Of a stretch of 64,000 nt of DNA, positions 1-7,922 are shown piece after piece (the stretch's first letter is position 1; each line of letters starts with the position of its first letter). Location: IMG/VR virus record IMGVR_UViG_3300032007_000003, positions 248,029 to 312,028 of that record; one strand, written 5' to 3'. The position numbers and the translations under genes are program-made. The notes beneath the pieces were generated by a model, which saw only the letters and a list, made by a program, of their open reading frames with translations, made no database searches and was not told the origin of the DNA. This DNA is from a virus (Duplodnaviria; Heunggongvirae; Uroviricota; Caudoviricetes).

Positions 1-123
1 CTGAAGACACTTTCTAAGGACTTGAGTGGTATTTCTAAAATTATAGGTGTTGACCTTAACGATGGTATTAAAACAAATAGTTCAATATTTGATATGCTTA
101 AACTTTAAAATAAAATAAATAAA

Positions 124-546
124 ATGGCAATTGTAAATTTTCCAAAAGAAATTAATGGTGTAAGAGTTGTACAGAGTACTGAAGAGGTTGTAGAAGCCTT
201 GGCAAAAGGAGAAACTGTATGCCGCTATGAATGGGGAGATTCTATGACACCAGTGTTGAAGAATGGTGAGTATGCAAATCTTACGCCTATTAAGGATATT
301 AATGAGGTACAGAGGGGTGACGCAGTGTTCTGTAAGATGCCAGAGGGTTATTACATGACCCATATGGTATGGGAAATCTCTCGCTGTGGTCACAATGGAA
401 GACCTTGGTTTAAGATTGGTAGTACTGGAACTTCAATCTATGGTTGGACACAAGATATTCTTGCTATTGCAACTGGAACTGACCATTATCAGAAATTCAC
501 AAGAGAATATCGCAAAATGCTTAAAGGAAGTATTTGGAATCATTAA
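124..546 (+). CDS. S24/LexA-like serine peptidase domain protein
   Basis: 140-aa ORF. 'GDSMTPVLKNGE' resembles the S24 peptidase Ser motif (GDSM). A promoter box lies downstream of its stop. Confidence 0.45.
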   Translation: MAIVNFPKEINGVRVVQSTEEVVEALAKGETVCRYEWGDSMTPVLKNGEYANLTPIKDINEVQRGDAVFCKMPEGYYMTHMVWEISRCGHNGRPWFKIGSTGTSIYGWTQDILAIATGTDHYQKFTREYRKMLKGSIWNH

Positions 547-565
547 AAAACGTTAATTTATAGCG

Positions 566-604
566 AAAAATTTGGTTTTCTCAAATATTTTTCATATATT
601 TGCA
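566..604 (+). promoter_or_regulatory. Bacteroidota sigma-A-type promoter (AAAAATTTGG...TATATTTGCA)
   Basis: A -33 TTTGG box and a -7 TATATTTGCA box about 20 nt apart. This is one of about 28 copies in the window. Confidence 0.55.
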
Positions 605-885
605 ATATAAAACTTGAATTTTTTTAATTAAATACTATATTTATAATAAACAACAAAAATAGAGAATAATATTATGATTACATTTAGTCTACATATAGAA
701 GAGCAGCCTCGTGGTCTTGGATATGGTTATCCAAGATATGAAGGTGTGTCCATATTCTAATGTAGATTTACGTCATTTTATTATTATCATAAACCGAAGT
801 TTCATAGTGTTTATTAAAGATATAATAGGTGGGTAGTCTACGGATTATCCACCTTAAATTGTTTAAAGTTGTTAAAAGTTTGATA

Positions 886-924
886 AAAATTTGGTTATCT
901 CGATTTTTTTTCATATCTTTGCAT
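886..924 (+). promoter_or_regulatory. conserved promoter copy
   Basis: AAAATTTGGTTATCTCG-N-CATATCTTTGCA. Confidence 0.5.
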
Positions 925-1090
925 CGCTGAAGGGTTAAAACACTGATGGTTCAACAACAAGGCGAACAGTGTTTGAGATAAATAGCATAAAAAATTCAGT
1001 GATTACATGGTCGTTCAAATGTTAGGACAAAGCACTTAATACGTGTGGAAGAATGTAGGTACAAACTACCCACCTTCAATTTTTAAATAC

Positions 1091-1163
1091 GGCCCTATCC
1101 TCTAACTGGCTAGGAGGTCTGCCTCTCACGCAGAGAATGGGAGTTCGAGTCTCCCTAGGGCTA
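1091..1163 (+). tRNA. tRNA-Glu(CTC)
   Basis: Acceptor GGCCCTA/TAGGGCT. Anticodon stem TCTGC/GCAGA with loop CTCTCAC. T-arm GGGAG-TTCGAGT-CTCCC. Confidence 0.6.
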
Positions 1164-1314
1164 CAAAAAGATGTTAGAAAAGGTGTAGTTCGAAATGCAC
1201 CGAAGTATATTAAATGTGGAAAGTCGTACCCTTCCAAGCAGACGTGTTTTCCACGCCTCGTTTGGGCTAAAGTGGGCGAGAGATTCACGCCTCCAACACA
1301 GCATCTTTCTTTAA

Positions 1315-1388
1315 TGGCGCATTCGTCTAGTGGCAGGACACCACACTTTCGATGTGAGAACAGGGGTTCGATTCCCCTATGCGCTACT
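1315..1388 (+). tRNA. tRNA-Glu(TTC)
   Basis: Acceptor GGCGCAT/ATGCGCT. D-arm TCTAGTGGCAGGAC. Anticodon loop CTTTCGA. T-arm GGGGTTCGATTCCCC. Confidence 0.65.
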
Positions 1389-1391
1389 AGT

Positions 1392-1470
1392 GGGAACACA
1401 CAGCAAGTATTTCTATTAACAAGTAATTAATTTTGGGTTTTAAGAGTACGGTTAAAAAATGTTCCCTTAT
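1392..1470 (+). ncRNA. motif-initiated structured element (GGGAACACACAGCAAGTAT...TGTTCCC-TT)
   Basis: The 5' 7 nt GGGAACA pair with the downstream TGTTCCC, which is followed by a U-tract. It is one member of a family of at least 11 elements. Confidence 0.35.
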
Positions 1471-1582
1471 AACATAGTTGAAACTGCATTGATTGACTAA
1501 ATTGCCCCACGTCATGATGAGGTGGTGAGAATAGGTAAGGATGCTGCCATGATATGTTACTAGCTAGAGTTTCAACTTACAT

Positions 1583-1657
1583 TGGGGTTTAGTATAACGG
1601 TAGTACGCAAGATTCTGGTCCTTGGTCTGTGGGGGTTCGATTCCCTCAATCCCAACA
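1583..1657 (+). tRNA. tRNA-Gln(CTG)
   Basis: Acceptor TGGGGTT/AATCCCA. Anticodon loop TTCTGGT. T-arm GGGGGTTCGATTCCCTC. Confidence 0.6.
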
Positions 1658-1844
1658 ATTACACGTTACCAAAGGAATGGTTACGAAATGGGAATATTTT
1701 TCTAGAGTATATTCTCTCATAACTGGGACAAATGGGAACGCAGGTCAGTGAAATAAGGGGAATAGAAAGAGAAGACACTGACAACCTCTACCATAAACGT
1801 AATGGTTCTTAAACGAGTAGAATCGCCCTTATTAGATACGGTTC

Positions 1845-1918
1845 GGAAGGTATTGATGTAGTTGCAAATGCATTGGTACAATTACTTCCTTCGATGGGTT
1901 CGAATCCCTCACGTGTAA
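1845..1918 (+). tRNA. tRNA-like (unresolved fold)
   Basis: A GGGTTCGAATCCC T-loop motif is present, but no convincing acceptor or anticodon arm could be assigned by eye. Confidence 0.25.
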
Positions 1919-2115
1919 CATGGAGCTTACTAGTCCCTTAGAGTCGCCAAGCGTCACTAAAACTATGTAAGCCTTGTCGGAGAGCAAGTCTTTTTGAGAC
2001 GTACAATTTTGATACCTAGGGCTGAATGGTAAGTGAGAGATTGTATTATGGCAATAACAGCATATTGGCTTACTTGATTAGATACTGCTCTCCTTTTTTA
2101 GACAATATATAGGAT

Positions 2116-2535
2116 ATGAGTATAGAGAAAAGTTTCGATGGTGCTTTCAAACGAATGAGAGACCGCAATTGGGAGAAGATATATGTGTTGGTAGATATAC
2201 ACGACACCATATTAAAAGCTTGCTACAATGACGAGGAAACGCATCAGTGGTTTCCATATGCTAAAGAGGCTTTGGACATCATGAGTCATGCGCAGCAAAT
2301 ATCGCTCATTCTCTGGACATCAACCTATGATGACATCATCGCTGACTATCTCAAGCACTTTAAGGAGAATGGCATCACATTCGACATGGTGAACATAAAC
2401 CATGAGACAAAGAACACAGATTTGTCTTGTTTCGATGAAAAGACCTATTTCAATGTGGGTATCGATGCAGAAACAGATTGGGAAATATTGTATAACTACC
2501 TTGTTGAAGGAATTAGACTTGGTAAATTTAAGTAA
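2116..2535 (+). CDS. hypothetical protein
   Basis: 139-aa ORF in the gap between tRNA clusters. No confident motif was seen. Confidence 0.45.
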   Translation: MSIEKSFDGAFKRMRDRNWEKIYVLVDIHDTILKACYNDEETHQWFPYAKEALDIMSHAQQISLILWTSTYDDIIADYLKHFKENGITFDMVNINHETKNTDLSCFDEKTYFNVGIDAETDWEILYNYLVEGIRLGKFK

Positions 2536-2735
2536 TATGACTAGTAGTGACTTTGAAATAGCAAATACAAGAATTCATAGTATACTGACAGAGATTGATT
2601 TACATGAGAATAAAATTGTAGAGCTTAAACATGAATTAGAAGATATTAATAATTTCTTAAAAAAATAAAGCATACACAGCTCACCACTGTGGTCAATTCG
2701 AAAGGATTGTGGTTGAGAAACCTATGCTTTTAAAT

Positions 2736-2818
2736 TGTGGAGTTGGGGAGTAGACAAACCCAAGGGTCTGTAAAACCCTCGCCATTTGGCTTCGTAAGTG
2801 CAAATCTTACCTCCACAA
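2736..2818 (+). tRNA. tRNA-Tyr(GTA), type II
   Basis: Acceptor TGTGGAG/CTCCACA. Anticodon stem AGGGT/ACCCT with loop CTGTAAA. Variable arm GCCATTTGGC. T-arm GTAAG-TGCAAAT-CTTAC. Confidence 0.65.
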
Positions 2819-2828
2819 CAAAATAAAT

Positions 2829-2909
2829 CTAGGTGTAACTGGTAATAGGTTTCCAACTGCATTTGGAATGCAGGCGTAATGCATGGGGGTTCGAGTCCCT
2901 TCGCCTAGA
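2829..2909 (+). tRNA. non-canonical type-II tRNA-like gene (anticodon arm TTCCAA-CTGCAT-TTGGAA)
   Basis: Acceptor CTAGGTG/CGCCTAG, a canonical T-arm and a variable arm with a TGCA/TGCA stem. The anticodon arm is a 6-bp stem with a 6-nt loop, or alternatively a 5-bp stem with an 8-nt loop. A paralog lies at 3329-3410. Confidence 0.4.
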
Positions 2910-2942
2910 CAAAGGAATCTTGCAGCAATAGGTATAAGCATC

Positions 2943-3011
2943 AGGCATGTAGCTCAATGGTTAGAGCCTTGGATTTTACCAAGAGATTAGGGTTCGACTC
3001 CCTACGTATCT
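2943..3011 (+). tRNA. tRNA-Lys(TTT)
   Basis: D-arm TAGCTCAATGGTTAGAGC. Anticodon stem CTTGG/CCAAG with loop ATTTTAC. T-arm TAGGGTTCGACTCCCTA. Confidence 0.65.
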
Positions 3012-3039
3012 TTGTTTAAAGGATTCCGATTTTTAACAT

Positions 3040-3113
3040 GGTGGTTGTAGCTCAGTTGGTAGAGTACCAGATTGTGGCTCTGAGGGTCATGGGTTCGAAT
3101 CCCATCTTCCACC
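3040..3113 (+). tRNA. tRNA-His(GTG)
   Basis: An extra G-1 pairs with discriminator C73. D-arm GCTCAGTTGGTAGAGT. Anticodon loop TTGTGGC. T-arm ATGGGTTCGAATCCCAT. Confidence 0.65.
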
Positions 3114-3129
3114 CAAAAAAAAGTTATCA

Positions 3130-3167
3130 AAAAATTTGGAATTTAATTTTTTTTTGTATATCTTTGC
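3130..3167 (+). promoter_or_regulatory. conserved promoter copy upstream of the tRNA-like element
   Basis: AAAATTTGGAATTTAATTTTTTTTTTGTATATCTTTGCA. Confidence 0.5.
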
Positions 3168-3196
3168 AAAGTATTTCATAGGCAACAAATACTAAA

Positions 3197-3323
3197 GGAA
3201 ACATACAGCAAGTATTAATAGGTTATAGCATTAAACTGATAATTTAAGGGTCGTTGGTTCGAGTCCAACCCTCCCCACAAAAAATTAAACTTGGGGAGGT
3301 AGCTAAGATGGATAAATGTTTCC
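3197..3323 (+). ncRNA. permuted tRNA-like element (3' half Ile-GAT-like, then 5' acceptor, closed by GGAAACA...TGTTTCC)
   Basis: Order: motif GGAAACATACAGCAAGTAT; anticodon arm TTAAA-CTGATAA-TTTAA; T-arm GTTGGTTCGAGTCCAAC; 3' acceptor CCTCCCC. A 16-nt loop and the matching 5' acceptor GGGGAGG plus a D-arm-like TAGCTAAGATGG come next, before TGTTTCC. Confidence 0.35.
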
Positions 3324-3328
3324 GAAAA

Positions 3329-3410
3329 TAGGGGAGTAACTGGTAATCGGTTTCCAACTGCATTTGGGGTGCAGGCCTTAGTCGGCATGCGGGTTCGAGT
3401 CCCGTTTCCC
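3329..3410 (+). tRNA. non-canonical type-II tRNA-like gene, paralog of 2829-2909
   Basis: Acceptor AGGGGAG/TTCCCCT. The D-arm ACTGGTAATCGGT and anticodon arm TTCCAA-CTGCAT-TTGGGG match the first copy. T-arm GCGGGTTCGAGTCCCGT. Confidence 0.4.
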
Positions 3411-3465
3411 CTACAAGTTGATGTAAATCAATAAATTACATAAATAGTATAGAGTGTTTTGAATT

Positions 3466-4509
3466 TTGGTTGATTTTTATGAAAGTTCGGCTATATATTA
3501 TATAGAAATGTATAATTATATGGATGAATTAATAAGTAAAATCAGGAAAATGAAATTTGAACAAGGGTGTTCAAATTCTGATATTTCACTTGCGCTAGGT
3601 GTAACAATGGAGAAAATAAAAAGGGTTACTTGCAAGAGTTATGATGAAATACTCAAAAGAAAAGAAACAAAGGAAAAAGCAGAGGAAGAGTTTGTCGAAT
3701 TAGTCAAAAAATATCTTCCACTTTCAAACTCGTTAAATCATTTGTGTAATAACTTAGGTTTAAGAGGTGTGGATGGCTATTATAAGAAGTTAAAAAGAAT
3801 AATAAAAGAATATAACTTGTCAACAGAGCATTTTGGTAGTATTAAGCTATCTAATAATGGCGGTAGTAGAAATATGTACACTGCAATGTCTGATGACGAA
3901 TTCTTTGTAGAAAATTCTAATCGTTATGGAGCATCGATTATCAAAAGACTAGTAGATGGTGGCTATAAGGAATATAAATGCGAGGGAGAAAATTGTGGAA
4001 TTAACGAATGGAATGGAAAGCCATTAAGATTGCAAGTTCATCATATAAATGGAGACCATCACGATAATAGAATAGAAAATTTACAACTATTATGTCCTAA
4101 TTGCCATACACAAACAGATACTTATGCAAGAAACAATATTGCTAAAACAAATAGTTTTAAAATTACAGATAGGGTTAACGAAATATTAACTGGTTCTGAA
4201 AGTTCTTTTAAACCAAAAGATATTGAAGAAATAAAAAAGGAAATATTACCGCCAAAAGAAAAAAAATATTGTCAAAACTGTGGTAAAGAAATAAAAGGTG
4301 ATGGTGAAAAATATTGTTCTCCAGAATGTGCTGAAAAAGCTAGGAGAAAATTTGAAGTCACATCAGAGCAACTTATAAAGGATTTTAAAGAAATTAAGTC
4401 GTTTACTGGTGTTGGAAAAAAATACAATGTTAGTGATAATGCGATAAAAAGAAGAACCAAAAAACTTGGAATATATGATGAAATAAGGCAATTCATCACT
4501 CCAAGGTAA
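3466..4509 (+). CDS. HNH homing endonuclease (paralog 1)
   Basis: 'HHINGDHHDNRIENLQLLCPNCH' is an HNH motif. There are C-terminal CxxC pairs and an N-terminal HTH-like region. The true start is uncertain; the track starts at a TTG. Confidence 0.7.
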   Translation: MVDFYESSAIYYIEMYNYMDELISKIRKMKFEQGCSNSDISLALGVTMEKIKRVTCKSYDEILKRKETKEKAEEEFVELVKKYLPLSNSLNHLCNNLGLRGVDGYYKKLKRIIKEYNLSTEHFGSIKLSNNGGSRNMYTAMSDDEFFVENSNRYGASIIKRLVDGGYKEYKCEGENCGINEWNGKPLRLQVHHINGDHHDNRIENLQLLCPNCHTQTDTYARNNIAKTNSFKITDRVNEILTGSESSFKPKDIEEIKKEILPPKEKKYCQNCGKEIKGDGEKYCSPECAEKARRKFEVTSEQLIKDFKEIKSFTGVGKKYNVSDNAIKRRTKKLGIYDEIRQFITPR

Positions 4510-4523
4510 AGACATTTGATGTT

Positions 4524-4853
4524 ATGGGTGAATATAGGAAAATCACAAAGGAAGACATTAATTTTCCAAAATATTGTCTCTTTTTCATAAAAAAAATACA
4601 AGAGGCTATCGATAAGTCAAAAAATGACTTGAGTTATGTGGAATTCTTAAAGGTAGAAGTTGAGACAACTTATCCATATTGTTCTGATGCCTTTGATTTG
4701 ATAGCAAAGACATTTACTAGGAAGGGTCTTGAATTGAGAACTCCAACGTTTAAGATGGATAAGGTAGATGGAATACCACATTATCTATACAAGTGGGGCG
4801 TAAGGAAGGAGGTTGATTACGATGACCTCCCTTTTGACTATGATGATTGGTAA
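4524..4853 (+). CDS. hypothetical protein
   Basis: 109-aa ORF with an acidic C-terminus. Confidence 0.4.
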   Translation: MGEYRKITKEDINFPKYCLFFIKKIQEAIDKSKNDLSYVEFLKVEVETTYPYCSDAFDLIAKTFTRKGLELRTPTFKMDKVDGIPHYLYKWGVRKEVDYDDLPFDYDDW

Positions 4854-4868
4854 AGAAATAATATACTT

Positions 4869-4957
4869 GGGAACTCACAGCAAGTTTAAAATGGATAATT
4901 TTTTATTTGACCAAAATGAAAATAGATAGTTCGAGCCTATCAAAGTTATAGTTCCCT
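4869..4957 (+). ncRNA. motif-initiated structured element with a T-arm-like hairpin
   Basis: GGGAACTCACAGCAAGTTT ... GATAG-TTCGAGC-CTATC ... TATAGTTCCC-TTTT. The terminal stem is GGGAACT/AGTTCCC. It is homologous to 39308-39414. Confidence 0.35.
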
Positions 4958-5012
4958 TTTAATTGAATAACATTTATAATAATAAAATAGTGATTTTTTA
5001 AGAAAAAAAGTT

Positions 5013-6044
5013 ATGAAGAAAATTCTTTTAATGTTGGCACTGCTTAGTGCCGTAGTGAGTGCGAATGCACAGATTGCAACTGAGAATAGCAATGCTTTGG
5101 ATAACATTAGCTTTGGAGTGACAGCAGGTGTTTCTACACCGCTTGATTTCAACTCAATGTTTCCACTTAACACAAACGTTGGTTTGAAACTTCAGAAGGA
5201 TTTCACACCTTATTTTGGTTTGCAAGTTGAGGGCGTTGCTTTCCTTAACGACAACCATTTCAGTGACCTCAAAACCGCAGTAAAGGCTACTAATGTAGGC
5301 GTGAATGGTGTTTTCAACCTTTCTAATATCTTTGGTGGATATAGAGGTACTCCACGTGTATTCGAGGTTAGTACTGTGACTGGTATTGGTTGGCTACATA
5401 CATGGGACACACCAAACAACTTCTTGACAGCGAAGACTGGTCTTGACTTGGCTTTCAACCTTGGCAAGAAAAAGGCAAGTTCGATTGTAATTACTCCAGC
5501 AGTATATTGGAATCTGAACAAGTTCGGTAATATCTACTTTGATAAGCGTGGTTCACAGCTTGCTATCAATGTATCGTACATTTACCACTTCAAGACAAGC
5601 AATGGAACACATCACTTTAAGACTTATGACATTGGTGCAATGATTGGTGAGATTGACCGTTTGAATGGTGCATTGTCAGAGTGTGAGAGTAGAGAGTCAA
5701 AGGTGATTGAGAAGATTGTTGAGGTTCCAGTTACAAATGCTGAGACAGCAACAGTCGTAACTGATAACGGTGAAAAATGGGTTGTATCATTTGCAAACGC
5801 AAGTGCAAGTCTTACTGACGAAGCTAAGTTCGTTCTCAATGGTGTTGGTGAGGATGCTATCGTGGATATCGTAGCAACTGCATCACCAAGTGGTACAAAG
5901 GCTTTCAATCAGAAGCTTTCTGAGAAGCGTGCCGAGGCTGTTGCAAACTACTTAACCAATCGTGGTGTTAAAGTAAATAGCGCAATCGGTAAGGGCGTAG
6001 ATGCTACAGCTGGTAAAACTGCTGTTGTCACAACAGCACAGTAA
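5013..6044 (+). CDS. OmpA-family outer-membrane protein (signal peptide plus C-terminal OmpA peptidoglycan-binding domain)
   Basis: Signal peptide MKKILLMLALLSAVVSANAQ. The C-terminus 'NQKLSEKRAEAVANYLTNRGV...GKG' fits the OmpA-like domain pattern. Confidence 0.55.
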   Translation: MKKILLMLALLSAVVSANAQIATENSNALDNISFGVTAGVSTPLDFNSMFPLNTNVGLKLQKDFTPYFGLQVEGVAFLNDNHFSDLKTAVKATNVGVNGVFNLSNIFGGYRGTPRVFEVSTVTGIGWLHTWDTPNNFLTAKTGLDLAFNLGKKKASSIVITPAVYWNLNKFGNIYFDKRGSQLAINVSYIYHFKTSNGTHHFKTYDIGAMIGEIDRLNGALSECESRESKVIEKIVEVPVTNAETATVVTDNGEKWVVSFANASASLTDEAKFVLNGVGEDAIVDIVATASPSGTKAFNQKLSEKRAEAVANYLTNRGVKVNSAIGKGVDATAGKTAVVTTAQ

Positions 6045-6245
6045 TTTAGCCAAGTGGCGTTAGGAGAATAAGACTATGCTTTGACGGTGGACATGCAAAA
6101 AAACCGTAAGTTTATCAGTTATCAATTTGTCTACATTCTCCTTTTCTTCAGATAACTAGATAAACGGTTGCTGCGAAAGGTAAACAGCTCACGAACTAAT
6201 ACCAAACTAGATATTGAGTTAATATCACTAAGTTAGTTCACCATT

Positions 6246-6322
6246 GTGGGATTAGTGTAGCTGGAGGGGCACGGCAGACTTCCACTCTGCAAGCATCCGA
6301 GGGTTCGATTCCCTTATCCCAC
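6246..6322 (+). tRNA. tRNA-Gly(TCC)
   Basis: Acceptor GTGGGAT/ATCCCAC. Anticodon stem GCAGA/TCTGC with loop CTTCCAC. T-arm GAGGGTTCGATTCCCTT. Confidence 0.65.
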
Positions 6323-6404
6323 TCAAAATAAAAAAAAAATGTTAGTTCGACTTGATATTTTCGCACATTTCATTATATTTATATATAGGTAATGTATATA
6401 AATT

Positions 6405-7091
6405 ATGAAAAAAGAAGATTTAAGGAAAACTATAAATAAAAGCATTGGAGAACAAAAAAAAATAATTGAAAGTACTAATTCTATTAGTTATGCTGCAAGA
6501 GAAATTTTAGGCACAGATAGCACACTTGCTAGAACTATAATTAAAGAAATATGTGAAGAACAAGGTTGGGATATACCAACTTGGTATAATAGGGTTAGAT
6601 ATTGTTTACATTGTGGAAAACCAATCATAGGTGGGGATAGTAAAAAGAAATTTTGTAATAGTTCTTGTGCAGCATCATATAATAATAAGTTAAGAAGTAC
6701 AAAAAAACACTATTGTATTAATTGTGGTAAAGAAATAAAACGAGGTAAATTTTGTAACAATACTTGTTGTGCAGAATATAATGCAAAACAATATATTGAA
6801 CGTTGGAAAAATGGGGAGGAAAATGGGTTGAGTGGCAAATATGGAATTTCGCAATATGTTAGACATTATATTTTTGAGAAAAATGATAATAAATGCGAGG
6901 TTTGTGGGAAAAGCTATATAAACCCATATACTGGATTATCTGTACTTCAGATTCATCACAAAGATGGAGATTGTACAAATAATAAGGAAGAGAATCTTCA
7001 ACTATTATGCCCAACGCATCATGCAATGACAGAAAACTTTGGAAGTAGAAATCCAAATGCAACTAGAAAGGATAATAGAATGAGATATTAA
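6405..7091 (+). CDS. HNH homing endonuclease (paralog 2)
   Basis: 'IHHKDGDCTNNKEENLQLLCPTHH' plus multiple CxxC zinc-finger pairs. Confidence 0.7.
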   Translation: MKKEDLRKTINKSIGEQKKIIESTNSISYAAREILGTDSTLARTIIKEICEEQGWDIPTWYNRVRYCLHCGKPIIGGDSKKKFCNSSCAASYNNKLRSTKKHYCINCGKEIKRGKFCNNTCCAEYNAKQYIERWKNGEENGLSGKYGISQYVRHYIFEKNDNKCEVCGKSYINPYTGLSVLQIHHKDGDCTNNKEENLQLLCPTHHAMTENFGSRNPNATRKDNRMRY

Positions 7092-7092
7092 A

Positions 7093-7164
7093 TGACGGTG
7101 TAGCACAGTGGCTAGTGCGTCTGCTTGCCATGCAGAGGACGCCAGTTCGATTCTGGTCATCGTC
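7093..7164 (+). tRNA. tRNA-Gly(GCC)
   Basis: Acceptor GACGGTG/CATCGTC. D-arm GCACAGTGGCTAGTGC. Anticodon loop TTGCCAT. T-arm GCCAGTTCGATTCTGGT. Confidence 0.7.
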
Positions 7165-7198
7165 TCACAAACAGTTGTTAAACTGAGGAGTTGCACCA

Positions 7199-7241
7199 TG
7201 CCGTGTTAAAAGGTAATATTGGTTCGAATCCAATACACGGC
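7199..7241 (+). ncRNA. tRNA-like minihelix (acceptor stem plus T-arm only)
   Basis: GCCGTGT-TAAAAGGTAAT-ATTGGTTCGAATCCAAT-ACACGGC-T. The acceptor is a perfect 7 bp with a canonical T-arm, and there are no D or anticodon arms. The element at 26787-26827 is homologous. Confidence 0.3.
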
Positions 7242-7502
7242 TCAAATAAGAATTACATGAAAAGTTGGCGTAGTAAGCCATCTTCTAAAGAGTGGGCAGA
7301 AGCAATAGATAACTATTGTGAGTTGACATTGTAAACTCAATGGTCTGCCACCTATAATGGGGTAAAAGTCCACCCTAAGATAATAGGTGTTGGCAGTATG
7401 GCGAGGTTATGAACTCAGATTTCGGTAGGACACACGAGACTCCTTTGCCTTGAAAGGGACATCAAAGTAATTCTTTCATTAATTAAACTAAAATCTAACA
7501 AT

Positions 7503-7715
7503 ATGGAAAAATGTATGCGTTGTGGTCATGAACTTATCATTGGAGGTAATTTCATGCTCAGTGAAATCAACGGAGAAATTTTGGCAGAGGAGGATGATGC
7601 AATGGTAACAAATGCATCTTGTCCTTATTGCGGAGCAAGGTATGAACTATACGACACACCACAATCTGAAAAAAAGAATTATCCATATTGGAGAGACAAC
7701 AATTTGGAGGCTTAG
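7503..7715 (+). CDS. zinc-ribbon small protein
   Basis: CxxC ... CxxC pairs (MRCGHE ... SCPYCGARYELYD). Confidence 0.4.
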   Translation: MEKCMRCGHELIIGGNFMLSEINGEILAEEDDAMVTNASCPYCGARYELYDTPQSEKKNYPYWRDNNLEA

Positions 7716-7780
7716 TTCAGTAGGTTAGAGCACCAAGCTTATACCTTGGGAGTCGGTGGTTCAAGTCCATCAGCCTCTAC
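7706..7780 (+). tRNA. tRNA-Ile(TAT)
   Basis: Acceptor GGAGGCT/AGCCTCT. D-arm GTTCAGTAGGTTAGAGC. Anticodon stem CCAAG/CTTGG with loop CTTATAC. T-arm GGTGGTTCAAGTCCATC. Confidence 0.55.
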
Positions 7781-7785
7781 TGCAA

Positions 7786-7922
7786 GGAAACATCCAGCAA
7801 ATAAAGAGTTATTATTGTAAATTGCTACCGTAACGGTTTGTGGGTTCGACTCCCACACGTCTATCTTAACGAGGGCGTTGGTGAAATTGGTAAACACGGC
7901 TATTGGAGAATAAAATGTTTCC
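7786..7922 (+). ncRNA. permuted tRNA-like element (T-arm then a Leu/Ser-like 5' half; closed by GGAAACA...TGTTTCC)
   Basis: Motif variant GGAAACATCCAGCAAATAAAG, then T-arm TGTGGGTTCGACTCCCACA, then a type-II-like 5' half GAGGGCG-TT-GGTGAAATTGGTAAACAC, then AAAATGTTTCCG-TCTTTTT. Confidence 0.3.

Noticed and set aside
1076-1430. Overlapping ORFs 1076-1399 (-) and 1137-1430 (+)
   Set aside because: They span two well-folded tRNA genes. The translations are tRNA-sequence artefacts (GIEPLFSH... is the GGTTCGA T-loop read in frame).
2116-2535. A HAD-phosphatase or polynucleotide-kinase-phosphatase call based on 'LVDIHDT'
   Set aside because: The spacing is D-x-x-D-T rather than the HAD motif I DxDx(T/V), and no downstream HAD motifs II and III were recognised.
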